Below are positions 12,597-27,181 of a stretch of DNA of 64,000 nt, piece by piece (the first letter of the stretch is position 1; every line of letters begins with the position of its first letter). The translations under genes and the position numbers were made by a program. The notes under the pieces were generated by a model that ran no database searches, was not told where the DNA came from, and was given only the letters and a program-made list of their open reading frames with translations. This stretch comes from Eledone cirrhosa (Eukaryota). The DNA is taken from the NCBI GenBank assembly GCA_964016885.1, contig OZ024745.1, forward strand, positions 29,822,001-29,886,000, in the 5' to 3' direction.

Positions 12597-13142
12597 CTGT
12601 GTTTACAGTGTGGAATTCCTACACTTCCTAAGAATACAGTTTCTGTGTGATTTTTAAATGGCTAAAATGACTCTTCTCTGCAATTGATCCAAATTGACAA
12701 GATCTCCAGACCTCATTTAGTTACTGAGTGGGGTGGAACTCATCCGTTCAGACCAAGGAAACAATGATTCCATTGGTCTTTCTAATTGCTGATACTATCT
12801 ACTGATCACAACTCCTGGCAGTAATTGTTTGTATTTATTTAAAGTTTAAAGTGTTTGATTTAACACTTTAACATTTAAACCAGCCGTGTCCAGCCAGAAC
12901 TCTCTCACCTCTTTCTATTCAAACCAACTGTAACTGGCCACTCATACTGATGTTAATGTATTGTTCTCAAAATAAATAACATCAAAATCTATTAGATTAG
13001 ATATTATGTGAGGTAAAGCCTTTACGGTGAAAATATAATAGTATATAGAGAGTAATGTAAATGGTTAATTAAGGAAATATTTGGGGATTCTCTGTTTAAT
13101 ACATCATCAGTTTTCAATGGTCCAGTGTGTGTTTAATTACAG

Positions 13143-13259
13143 TTTAATGTGGTTCAGTTAATTAAGGAAAGAATTGATGAGGCAGTGACAAATAAGAAGT
13201 TACTTGTAATAATAGGTTACCCTAAAAACCTCACACAACTTGAAGAGTTCAACAGCGTG
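13143..13259 (+). CDS. Exon of adenylate-kinase-like gene (domain B)
   Basis: attacag/gtaagt, 117 nt, phase 0/0. FNVVQLIKERIDEAVTNKKLLVIIGYPKNLTQLEEFNSV matches the AK LIDGYPR...Q..EF segment; too short for the ORF track. Confidence 0.88.
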
Positions 13260-14436
13260 GTAAGTTAATGTTCTTTTTTAAAATTATTTCAGAACCCTAG
13301 TCAGAATATCGATGAACCATTTAGGTTTGAGAGAACTTTCTAGATACAACACATCAGTATATTACAAACAACACTTCCAATATGTCTGGTATTGATTCCT
13401 AAGAGGGGTAAAGGAGATAAATAGAACCGTAAATAAAATTGATTTTGTAGATCATAAACTTAAACAGACACACACTCACAGAGACATATATATACACAGA
13501 AACAAACATACATTCACAGATACACATACACTCACATATACACACAGAGACACATATCTACTCACATACATTCGCACAGACATACACACACATGCATGCA
13601 CACTCATACACACACATGCACATACAAACATGCACACACACATATGCGCACATTAAGAATATGTGCGTGTGAGATACAGAAACACATACAAATACCCAGA
13701 CATACACACACACAGAGCAAGATGTGGTCATCTCACCTGGCTTATCTCACAACAAGACAACTCATCTAACCCATACTAGCATGGAAAAATGGACGATGGA
13801 TGTTAAATGATGATGATGATGATATATGTACACGATATTTGGGTTTAATCTATGCATAAAATATATATTGACTATGTTTCTGAACAAAAAAAGCACAGAG
13901 TATCAATTATACAAATTTAAATGATATACCCAATTGAGAAACTATTAGTATTTTGTACATATATTTAGAATAAATAATATATATACTTACTTCAAGATGG
14001 TATCAAGCCTAACTCACTTAAATTCAACTTAAACAGATCTGTTTCATAAAACTGCTGAAAAAGACACATAACCATTTGTCTAAGTTGAATTTAAGTGATT
14101 TAGTCTTGAAGTAGGTATATATATTATCTCTTCTATATAATGGTTTCTCTATTTTATATATCATTTTTTTTTTGATATCGTTTAAATTTGTATATATACA
14201 TATATATATATATATGTGTGTGTGTGTGATATCTATCTCACCATCTCACCATGTAGAGGGAAAGATGGATCTATGGTATTGAGACTAAAAAATATGGTGT
14301 GGCATAACTACTATCGATTAGTCTCTATATTAATTTATCACGATCAATCAACCTTTGAAACAATCGTAAATCAATGAACTAATTAAGCACTAAACCTTGT
14401 CTTTTGTTTACTTTGTTCAACATATATATATATATA

Positions 14437-17077
14437 TCATCATCATCATCATCATCGTTTTACGTCCATCTTCCACGCTAGCATGGGTTTAGACGGGAAT
14501 TGTCCCACTTGAGGCAAGATTAGTCGTCTCGCTTGTGGAGGACTGTCTGGCAGGTTTTCTACGGCTGGATGCCCTTCCTAACACCAACCATGTTTACAGT
14601 GTGGACTGGGAGGTTTTTACTGTGTTACTTACACGGCCACATTATAGTGTGGACTGTGTGTTTTTTTGTTGTGATACCTACATGACCTCATTTATTTAGG
14701 ACTGGATGTTGTGGTACCAACATAACTTTATATCAAAAGGGGTGGTGTAGATGGGGTGGGGTAGGGGTAGTGGGATGGGGGTCTATTTTGGTTAAGACGT
14801 GCCTACTGACTGTAGGTTTCGCTTTGTACTTAGGCAAAGCGGGTCTTCTGTATTACTGCGTAGCGCCAAAGATCTCGGTCCAGTGACATTGTCTTGGAGA
14901 GGTTTAAGTGTGTAAGGTCGGAATTTATCAAATCGTCCCAGGTTTGTCTGGGTCTGCCTACTCCGTGGCTACCGTCTATTTTGATCGCCCTGCACTTTTA
15001 TATACAGCTGTCGTCTTTCATGCGCATCACATGACCATACCAATGTAGTCTTCTCTCGAGTAAACAGCATCTGATCCCTCTTATTCCTAATTTCTCACTT
15101 AGTTCATTTATGCTTAGCCATTCACGTGTATTACTATTACACATCCAATGGAGCATGCAAGCTTCATTCCTCTCCAGTCTGCGTAGATCATCTGCACACA
15201 ATGCCCATGTCTCACTGCCATGTAACATTGATGTTCGTATGCAGGCATCATACAGCCTGCCTTTTATTTTTAAAGAGAAACCTTTAGCGGCCAATAGTGG
15301 TATAAGCTCTCTGAACTTTTTCCATCCCGTTCTGACTCTAGCTACTGTACTTTCAGAGCACCCTCCACCACTGCTGATTGTGTCACCCAGGTAACGGAAG
15401 GTGTCCACTATTTCTATAGAACCATCTAGGCAATGGAAGGAGCTAGTATCCTGTGGGCACTTGCTACTTATTGCACCTGGGCATCGGCCACATATAAAAT
15501 CTATGTTCTTAGTTAGCTTACCTGTGATCCCACTACATCTTTTATGCACCCATACTTTGCATTTGGGACATAAAATGGAGTTTCTGCCTACTCCTTTCCT
15601 ATACACTGAGCATGGCCATTTCACAGAGGGGACCAGTGTCCTATTTTCCTTCCTACATACTAGCACTTTAGTCTTAGACAAGTTAATTTTAAGGCCTTTT
15701 GATTCTAGGCTATGCTTCCATGTTTGGAATTTCTTCTCTAGTTTCGCCATTGATTCAGCTATGAGCGTTAGATCATCTGCGTATAGAAGTTCCCATCTGC
15801 AGTCGGTATTGAACTCCTCTGTTATAGCCTGAAGGGCAATAATAAATAGGAGGGGGCTAAGGACAGAGCCCTGATGAACACCAACTTTTACGCTAAACTC
15901 TTCACTGTATTCGTTGTTAATTCTAACCTTACTGGCTGTTTCTTTATACATGGCTTGTATAGCTCTCACAAGCCATTCATCAACACCTAGTTTTCTGAGA
16001 GCCCACCAGATAATGGGGCGTGGGACCCTGTCAAAGGCTTTTTCCAAGTCAACAAAAGCTAAGTATAGGGGTTTACTTTTAGCTAGGTACTTCTCCTGTA
16101 GTTGTCGTACAAGGAAAAGAGCGTCTGTGGTACTTTTATCTTTCACAAACCCGAACTGCATTTCATCTAGATCAATTCGCTCTCTGATTAGTTGCGCTAT
16201 TACTTTTTCTGTGTCCTTCATGATCTGGTCAATTAATTTAATGCCTCTAATAGTTTCCCCTATCTAGTACATCTCCTTTATCCTTGTAGCAGCTAATGAT
16301 GATCCTGCTACGCCAGTCCTTTGGTATGACCCCATTCTGTATGACTTGGTTTACTATTCAGGTAACCATAGTGTGTCCCACCGTTCCAGATGCTTTCAGC
16401 ATTTCAGCAACTAATTCCAAAGGCCCAGTCGCCTTGCCCGTCTTCATATCTTTGATTGCCTTACTTATTATACTACCTTCAACTTGCACTGCTGGTCCCT
16501 CTATTGGAGCAACGTGGGGGAGACTGTCTTTCTTCCATTTATTCTCCTCATTTAGTAGCCTTTCGTAGTAACACTTCCAAGCTACCTTCTTATCAGCGTC
16601 AGTGATGGCAAGTACACCATCATCATTACGGACACACTTCTCCCTGACAATATCACGGTTTTCCTTGACACATTGCTTAGCAATCCTGAACACTTCACGA
16701 TTTTGGTCCCCGCGTTGTAGAACATGCTTGAACTTTCTTTCCTCTGCTTCCCTTCTTGCGAAGTGCACTTGTCTCCTAGCTTCCCTCCTGGCCACTAGAT
16801 AGTCTTCTCTACTTCCCTCATCCCGCCATACTTTCCAAGCCTGCTTTTTGGCCTTAATTGACTCCTCCACCTTACTGTTCCACCACCAAGTTACTCTCCT
16901 CCTGCCTATAGGTCTGCTCCAGCCACAGATTTCATCTGTTGCCTTCAGCAGGTTAGCTTTCAGGAATTCCCACTGTTCCTCTATATTGTACGACTCTAAT
17001 TGTTCTTCCTTACTGTCAAAAGCATCAAGTAATATGCTTTTAAATTTATTACTGGCTGTGGGGTCCTTTAACTTCCA
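14437..17077 (-). mobile_element. RTE-clade LINE, 5'-truncated, with PHD-like insert after the RT core
   Basis: ORFs 16358-16870 and 14998-16221 contain QFGF, FVDLEKAFDRVP, GVHQGSVLSP, LYADDL and RLHWYGHVMR. The 3' UTR ends in (GAT)n, and (TA)n lies on both flanks. Confidence 0.93.
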
Positions 17078-17221
17078 TATTTTTCATATATATATATATG
17101 TATATATAACGAAGGAAGTGTGGTAAGGAACCAGATGGAACATAACGCACCAGAGTACGCAATACTTAGGGTAGTAGAGTGGGTAATAGGAAAATGTTTA
17201 ACCCCAACGTTTCGAATAGTG

Positions 17222-17280
17222 GTGAGAATGTCCAATAGATATTTCTGGATTTTTATCCATCATCAGTGACATTTTCTCAC
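17222..17280 (-). ncRNA. Type I hammerhead motif
   Basis: Minus strand: GTGAGAAAATGTCA-CTGATGA-TGGATaaaaATCCA-GAAA-TATCTA-TT-GGACATTCTCAC. Confidence 0.62.
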
Positions 17281-17413
17281 TTGCAACTGAGAGAACATAG
17301 GCTAATATATGATTTTTGTATATGAAATATCAGCTGGGAATGCTTATTTGCATATAGTGCAAAATTGTCAGGTTAAAGGGAAGCGATTAGAAGTGGCACT
17401 AACCCAGCATGGA

Positions 17414-17491
<78 letters not shown>

Positions 17492-17658
17492 GTATATATA
17501 CAAAAGTTATATTTAATTTGTTGGGATTCAACAAGCTTAAAAGTTTTATAACTGGTCTAAAGCCATCAACAGATTACTGGAGTAAATACATCCAGAAACC
17601 CTTCAACCATCAAGGTTGTTTTTCCTCGGGTATGTCAACATTTATAAAACAAATTTTG

Positions 17659-17724
17659 TATTTTATCTGAGGAAAGCGCACCAAAATTTGTCTTGGTTGC
17701 CCTTGAAATATATATAATAAAATA
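17659..17724 (+). ncRNA. Minimal type I hammerhead motif
   Basis: TATTTTAT-CTGAGGA-stem II (AAGCGCACCAA..TTGGTTGCCCTT)-GAAA-TATATA-TA-ATAAAATA. Confidence 0.7.
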
Positions 17725-17899
17725 ATTATGGTTTTATAAATATAGTTTCCATTTATTAATATATTGAATTGTATATGTATATATATATATATATATAATA
17801 TATATATATATACTCATACACACACACATATATAGAGATAGATTGATAGATAGGTAGATAGATATACATGTATGGTATATGTATGTGTATATGTATGTA

Positions 17900-19196
17900 C
17901 GAGGGGGGATCAAAAAGTTCGCGGAATTTTATCGTAGTAAGAAAAAAATAGGTTAAAACAATATTAAACATGTCACAACATTGTCACTGGGTGTTTACCT
18001 TGCTATTAGTCACTTGCAGTCAGTCATGTGCGGACTATTGTACAGTACTGACACTTTTTAAAAAACCTCTTTTTGGAACAATGGAAAATAGTTATTTTGA
18101 GATAAGATCGAATATCAAGTTTCTGGTGAAACTCAAATGGAAAGGGACACAGATTATGGAGGCTTTAGTTAAAGTTTACGGTACTACTGCTCCAAAGAAA
18201 ACTGCTGTCTACAAGTGGATTCATCGATTCAAACAAGGGAGAGACGACCTTGAAGACAACCATCGCAGTGGAAGACTAGGAACATCAAAAAATGACCAAA
18301 CGTTGAGGCTGCTCAGACTTTAATTGAAGAAGATCGAAGAATAACAGTTAATCAGTTAGCTAAGTCCCTAGACATTTCATATGGGTCGGCAAATTCAATT
18401 CTGCACGATAATTTGGGACTAAGCAAGCTTTCAGTGTGATGGGTCCCAAAAGCGTTGCGCCCTGATCAGCTGATTCTTCGAAGCGATATTAAACAAAATT
18501 GAAGTTGATGAAGAGCATTTCCTGACCAGAATCACCACCGGAGATGAAACCTGGATCTACCAGTATGATCCTGAATCCAAACAGCAGTCAAAACAGTGGC
18601 TTCCATGTGGATCATCAGGGCCAATCAAGTTCAAATCTCAAAAGTCGGATAAAAAAGTGATGGCCACCATTTTCTGGGATTCAGATGGGGTGATACTAAT
18701 AGATTATCTTGAAGGTCAAAGAACTGTGACAAGAGCTTACTATGCAAATGTTTTAAGGAAACTGAAAGAGGCATTAGTCAAGAAACGAAAAGGGAAACTT
18801 CATGGTGGGATCTTGTTTGGCCATGACAATGCACCAGCGCATTCTGCGCGGGTTGCAAAAGAAGTTCTTTGAGAATTTCGATGGGAAGTGCTTCCTCACC
18901 CGCCTTATAATCCAGATTTAGCCCCATCAGACTTTTTCCTCTTTCCAAAACTCAAAGAAATGCTAAAAGGAACCCGTTTTAGTGGTGTTGAAGAAGCTAA
19001 AAACACTGCCAACACATGGCTTCGAACAAGGCCTTCAACTTTCTTTAGAGACGGCTGACGGAGTTGGAAGCATTGCTTTGTGAAGTGTATTGACCTGGAT
19101 GGCAACTATGTAGAAAAATAAATTGAAGGTAAATCATATTTTTTGAAAAATAGAATATATTCTGAAAAATTCCGCGAACTTTTTGATCTCCCCTCG
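17900..19196 (+). mobile_element. Full-length mariner (DD34D-type) transposon with disrupted transposase (18081-19121)
   Basis: TIRs CGAGGGGGGATCAAAAAGTTCGCGGAATTT and AAATTCCGCGAACTTTTTGATCTCCCCTCG, TA flanks. Motifs WVPK.L, TGDETW, HDNAPAH, YNPDLAPSDF; stops and frameshifts present. Confidence 0.95.
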
Positions 19197-19297
19197 TATG
19201 TTATTGATTCTTCATCTTACAAATTAGTTTACACTCCAGAGCTATCTATATAAAACTATGTATATGCAAATATGCATGTGTATATACACACACACAC

Positions 19298-19349
<52 letters not shown>

Positions 19350-19359
19350 ATATATATAT

Positions 19360-19890
19360 TGTTATACTTTGGGAGGTCATGTTGCCAATAAGAAACACAC
19401 GCACCAGTTGCTTTCACTTCAATTTATTATAATAAATTTATAATAAATTTATAAATTTATAAATTTCTGGTTGGTTGGTTGGTTCCACAACCAGATAGTT
19501 GTTTATATATTGTCATAGTTCTTTCGTCACACACTCTGTGACCTCTTCAGTGACTGGGGATTCCTTTCTTTGTTTCTGTGCCTCTCCTTTGTTCTGTCCT
19601 ACGCCATTTTGTTTCTGTGTGTGTGTTGTGCGCTCAGTCTGCGCATGCGCCACATCCGGGTGTCTGTGTGTGTTTATGTTCATTTATTTATTTGTTTATT
19701 TACATGTTACTGGTTGGTTGTTTGTTCTATGTGTGTGTGTGTTTTCATTTTGTCCTTAATTGTAAGTTGTGATGTTGCTGTTCCACTCATATTTTCTATT
19801 TAATTTTGGTTGTAATTCTTTTATGTTTATTGCCTCTGTAATTTGTCTAAACATTGCGTCTTTTCTGTGTGTAGATTCTATTTTTATTTC
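19360..19890 (-). mobile_element. Penelope-like element 3' remnant
   Basis: RQITEAINIKELQPKLNRKYEW resembles a GIY-YIG C-terminus and is followed by a hammerhead motif. Confidence 0.68.
19512..19554 (-). ncRNA. Minimal type I hammerhead motif
   Basis: Minus strand: GTCA-CTGAAGA-GGTCACAgagtgTGTGAC-GAAA-GAAC-TA-TGAC. Confidence 0.68.
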
Positions 19891-20184
19891 TCTATATATA
19901 TATATGAAAAATATGGGGAGAAGAATACTGCATGGTTGCACATGGATTACATGTTATAAAATGAGTCCCTCATCAGTGATTTGCCAACGATCATTGGTAT
20001 TTCATCGCATTAAAAATCATATACCTCACGTTGGTGCGATAATAACTAAAATAAGTTATTAGGACAATTGAAACGCGTAAAGCGAGTGAGACAAGTAAAC
20101 AACACAGGGGAAAGCTAACCGAAGATAGAAAGAAACACAAGCAACATGGTTATTCTGTCAGTATAAGCTGGGTGAATATATGAG

Positions 20185-20362
<178 letters not shown>

Positions 20363-20365
20363 AAA

Positions 20366-20396
<31 letters not shown>

Positions 20397-20665
20397 TATA
20401 TAATATATATATATCGAATTTAAATTCATAGAAATCTGGGACTTGTCTCTTTCTTCCTCACTTTCTGTTGCTTCACCATTTTGTTTGTTTACCCTCGCGT
20501 CCCCTTTATTTACGTGTCCCAACGACTTTTTTTAGCCGTTGCTCGCACCAACCGGAGGTATATGGTCTTTAAAGCGATGAAATGCCTATGATGGTTGGAA
20601 GATCACTGATGAAGGACAAACTTTTTTCATATGCAACCCATTTGCAACTCCGCAGTGCCCTTATT

Positions 20666-21717
<1,052 letters not shown>

Positions 21718-22039
21718 GGGTTAATGGTTGGAACATTGGCCTTGCAATCAAAAGGTTGTGAGTTCAATTCTCAGATCGAGTGATGTGTTGTTTCCTTGAG
21801 CAAGACACTTTATTTCACATTGCTCCAGTTTACTCAGCTGTAGAAATGAGATGATAGGGACTGGGGTCTCTATCATTCCACTGCAAAGTGGTCGTGGAGG
21901 TGCCACGGAAAAAAAGCACCCACCACTCACTGTAAATGAGGTTGGTGTTAGGAAGGGCATCCAGCTGTAGAAATCAAGCCAGAATCAGTTCCTGTCCCAC
22001 CCTTGCAAGCAGGGAAAAAGCGGACGTAAAAATGAAATG

Positions 22040-22040
<1 letters not shown>
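21718..22040 (+). mobile_element. SINE family 1
   Basis: Same sequence as 8921-9252. Older relatives lie near 9790-9975, 40690-40780, 43960-44460, 58020-58140 and 62820-62945. Confidence 0.88.
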
Positions 22041-22073
<33 letters not shown>

Positions 22074-22208
22074 ATAAATGAAATCTGACCTTTTGGAATA
22101 TTAATAATAACATTTGATTTGTTTGCAATTATGCAAACAAGCCTCAATTTTATAGCCATATCAGTAGAATGAACCCTTCATTCTTGCTCTTGTGTTGGCA
22201 TGTGAACA

Positions 22209-22258
22209 GAACTGCAGACACTAGTGTTTCTGGGTATCACCCTTCATCAGTACAGCTC
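22209..22258 (-). ncRNA. Type I hammerhead ribozyme (mirror copy)
   Basis: Reverse complement of the 22392 motif, with palindromic stem III CACTAGTG. Confidence 0.85.
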
Positions 22259-22391
22259 AGTGGATCTGCTAATATGCAGATCTGACTGATCAGCCCGTCT
22301 GCTATTATGCAAATCAGGCTGATCAGTCACTGTGTATTTTTGAAAATAGCATATATTTTCACTAGCTCTGACAGTTTGGCAGGTGAACAGT

Positions 22392-22441
22392 GAGCTGTAC
22401 TGATGAAGGGTGATACCCAGAAACATTAGTGTCTGCAGTTC
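22392..22441 (+). ncRNA. Type I hammerhead ribozyme
   Basis: GAGCTGTA-CTGATGA-AGGGTgatACCCA-GAAA-CATTAGTG-TC-TGCAGTTC: stems I-III pair, GUC triplet, predicted cut after 22433. Confidence 0.85.
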
Positions 22442-22612
22442 TGTTTATATGCCAACACAAGAGCGAGAATGAAGGGTTCATTCTACTGACATGGTTATAA
22501 AATTGAGGCTTGTTTGCATAATTGCAAACGAATCAAATGTTATTATTAATATTCGAAAAACTCAGATTACATTTACTGTATTCAGCCATGTAGAGCGAAA
22601 AAAGTTCTCTTT

Positions 22613-22656
<44 letters not shown>

Positions 22657-22830
22657 ATTCACACACCTGCAAAACCTGTGATTGTTTATCCAAAACAGGG
22701 TATCAACTGTCAACAACATATGATATTGGTGTAACAACAACAACATCAACATGATGGTGGTGACAATGATGATGATGATTCTGGTAATGCTACACACACA
22801 CATATATATGTAATGTAATATGATATTATA

Positions 22831-22892
<62 letters not shown>

Positions 22893-22954
22893 TATACACG
22901 CACACACACATATATATATGTAATGTAATATAATATAATATATTATATACATAT

Positions 22955-22989
<35 letters not shown>

Positions 22990-23019
22990 CACATACAAAT
23001 AGATAAATATATATATATG

Positions 23020-23064
<45 letters not shown>

Positions 23065-23377
23065 AAGTAGGAGGCTGTTGCCAAAACTACCCATCTTTTC
23101 AGAATCACCTGCAGATGGGAGGCTATGAGGTGTGGGGAGAGCAACAGGTGAGTGTGCAGGGTGTGTGTGGTGTGAGATGGGATAGGGGGTTAGCTATGGT
23201 GAACATCCTTCATTTTTTTCAATGATGTTACAGTAAGCTGGGTAAAATAGAATGGCATTGCCATCATAACCATCATCATCATCACCACCACCACCACCAC
23301 CACCACTGCCAGGATCACCACTACAACCATCACTACTACTACTACCAGCGTCACAGTCATCACCATTACATACACTC

Positions 23378-23423
<46 letters not shown>

Positions 23424-23431
23424 CATACATG

Positions 23432-23473
<42 letters not shown>

Positions 23474-23480
23474 CATACAT

Positions 23481-23563
<83 letters not shown>

Positions 23564-23949
23564 TATTCTTAAGTGTTCTACCAAATCAAGGTAGGATTTA
23601 TAACCATTTTAGAACTGAATGTAGTGTTGATGTGACTATCTCATTACATATGTTTGAGTATTCAAAGCTATAGAGTCAGGTATATATAATGTTAATGAAA
23701 GACTAAGATAAGGTGAAGTAGTAAATTAATTCATTGCTTAACTGACATTGATTGGTCACCACATTGATAATTTGGCTCTTTATGCATATGTGTGTATATA
23801 TATATAGGAAAATGTTTAACCCTGGCGGCAGAGCTCAAGCCGTCGGAGTTAAACATTTTCCTATTTCCCACTCTACTACCCTAAGTATTGACTACTCTGG
23901 TGCGTTGTGGTCCATCTGGTTCCTTATCACACTTCCTTTGTTATATATA

Positions 23950-24352
23950 TATCATCATCATCATCATCATTTTACGTCCGCTTTTCCCTGCTTGCAAAGG
24001 TTGGACGGGTCCTATTCAGCACAGCATCTCTCCAATTGTCACGGTCCTTCGTCATCTCCTTGGTGAGTTTCAGCGATCTGAGGTCTGCTCTCACCACCTC
24101 CACCCATGTTTTACGTGGTCTACATCTACTGCGTCTTCTTTTACTGGGATTTCTTGGCACTTCTTTACCCAGCGGTCATCCTCCATGCGCATCACATGCG
24201 CATACCATCTCAGCTTTCTCTCCTGCACATCACAACTTCTCCCTCTTATATCCAGTTTCTTTCTCAACTCATCCATGTGCAATGTCAATGTGCGTGAATG
24301 ACCAAGCATGGACGAGTTGAGAAAGAAACTGGGTATAAGAGGGATAAGTTGT
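23950..24352 (-). mobile_element. RTE 3' fragment (related family) with short 5' inversion
   Basis: ELRKKLDIRG...ERKLRWYAHVMRMEDDRWVKKC. Segment 24310-24352 is the reverse complement of about 24230-24275. Confidence 0.8.
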
Positions 24353-24364
24353 GTATATATATAT

Positions 24365-24560
24365 AATAATTGTTTCTACTTTTGGCACAAGGCCAGAAAT
24401 TATCTCAGTGTATTACTGGTACTTTATTTTATCGACCCCGTAGGGATGAAAGGCAAAGTTAACCTCGGCGGGATTTGAACTCAGACCATAAAGGGCCGTA
24501 ACTCTTTGCTGCAAAGCACGGCGTCTGACCCTCTACCGATACTGCCAATACACCGCCCTT
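24365..24560 (-). mobile_element. SINE family 2 (also about 135-225, 7950-8035, 31995-32175, 51685-51870, 55425-55590)
   Basis: TGGCAGTATCGGTAGA head, GAGTTCAAATCCC B box, GCCTTTCATCC..CGGGGTCGATAAAATAAAGTACCAG central motif (Deu/Nin-domain-like, from recall). Confidence 0.82.
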
Positions 24561-25014
24561 TATATATATATATATAATAATGATAATAAATGTGAAGACT
24601 AAAATCTAAAGAGGGCTCGATAAGGATAAATATATATCAAATATATAAGAACCCTAGAACAAATATTTATTTTAATAAATATATATATATATATATAGTT
24701 CTCCTTCTCGGGTAGTGTTTTTGATGCTCAGGGAGTGGGATTGGTCGAATGCAAGGCCTTTCCCCACTTAAAAAACCCTTCAAAGTACAGGCATTGCTTG
24801 TTCAGGATATGTTACAGGTTCGTGTGGCTGGCCATAGCCTAAATTTGCACCAAACTCTATAATCTGACAACCGATTGAAATATTCTTAGCCAAGTTTGCA
24901 GCCATCATATGTATATATATATATATATGTGTATGTGTGTGTGTATATGTATATATACAATGAATATATATATATCATCATCATCATCATCATCATTTTA
25001 CATCCACTTTTCCC

Positions 25015-25045
<31 letters not shown>

Positions 25046-25302
25046 GAATAATTAATATAGAAATGACTTCTAGAGGATTAGAACTGTTTCATATGAATGA
25101 AACAGTTCTAATCCTGTAGAAACCACATCTGTATTAATTATTGATGTATTCACTCTACTAATGCATTGAGCACATTATTTACTGTGGTTCCCCCCAATTT
25201 ATCTCGGGATCTACATATATAAATATATATAGAGTGTTTTGTGATTGCCTCAAACAACTTGAATAGTACCTGCTGTATGGTAGCTACAACTTCAATTCAT
25301 AC

Positions 25303-25418
<116 letters not shown>

Positions 25419-25682
25419 AACGAGTAGGACCCCGACGGCTGGGCTCAAGCCGTTTCGACGGTTATTTCTGGACTAAAAAATTTTAAAAAGTGATTTTTAA
25501 AAAAAATTTATTTTAGTCCAGAATTAGCTGTCGAAACGGCTTGAGCTCAGCCGTCGGGGTCGTACTCGTTCCTATTACCCACTCTACTACCCTAAGTATT
25601 GAGTACTTTGGTGCGTTATGGTCTACCTGGTTCCTTACCACATTTCCTTCGTTATATATATATATATAAATATATATATATA

Positions 25683-25772
<90 letters not shown>

Positions 25773-25942
25773 AGTAAGTATGTTTTGAAACAGTGAGCGA
25801 GTTTGAAATTAGAAAATATATAGCTTTCACCGTATATTTAACTAAAGGAATTTTTTAGCTTGATAACGGGGTTTTAGAACCCTCAGATAAATGGAAAAAG
25901 ATGAGTATTGACGTACATATACTGTATATATATATACTGTAT

Positions 25943-26375
25943 ATGATATTAAATATATGGAAACTATATTTATAAAACCATATTTATTTCGTTATATATA
26001 TTTCAGGGATATCATATTAACAATATGTTATGCCTTCTTCAGACAAAATACAATATAAACAGTCTTATAAATAAATAGATACGACATACCTTTCAATCAC
26101 CTTGCATTTGGGAGGTTGATTTGGCAGTAAAAAATATTGTGGACAGTTGTAAAAAGAAATTCTTTTTACAACTGTCCACAATATTTTTTACTGCCAAATC
26201 AACCTCCCAAATGCAAGGTGATTGAAAGGTATGTCGTATCTATTTATTTATAAGACTGTTTATATTGTATTTTGTCTGAAGAAGGCATAACATATTGTTA
26301 ATATGATATCCCTGAAATATATATAACGAAATAAATATGGTTTTATAAATATAGTTTCCATTTATTTAATATCAT
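25943..26375. repeat. Near-perfect palindrome, about 216 bp arms, centre at 26159
   Basis: Arms read as reverse complements around AAAAAGAA-A-TTCTTTTT. Confidence 0.92.
26268..26333 (+). ncRNA. Minimal type I hammerhead motif (mirror copy at 25985-26050, minus)
   Basis: TATTTTGT-CTGAAGA-stem II-GAAA-TATATA-TA-ACGAAATA. Confidence 0.68.
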
Positions 26376-26757
26376 AAATATACTCCAAATACTTGTTGAG
26401 TGCTTTTATATCAGTTATAAATATTTACTCGTTGTTAACCCAACAATTTAAATATAACTTTCCATATATACTGTACTGTATATATATATACTGTATATAT
26501 ATATATATATAATATATATATATATATATTATATAGTATTGTAGTAATAGTTTGGTAAAGATATCCAAGGTATAGAACAACTCAAGTCCTTAAAGCAAGT
26601 TTTAATATGATTATTAAAGCTAGTTAACCAGTTACTACAATGGTGCGATACCAGGTATGTATGCTTTGTTAGTCCAGAGGATCAACTTGTTCAACCTGTG
26701 CCAATGAAAATAACTGGAAAATGTTTACTCAGAAAAGAAAAAACATACATGCTTAAC

Positions 26758-26816
<59 letters not shown>

Positions 26817-26837
26817 GATTGGTGCTCTGAAATAGCG

Positions 26838-27181
<344 letters not shown>

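Larger units (their letters stand above)
22081..22569. repeat. Fold-back element, about 180 bp arms with about 130 bp spacer
   Basis: 22081-22260 is the near reverse complement of 22390-22569. Confidence 0.9.
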
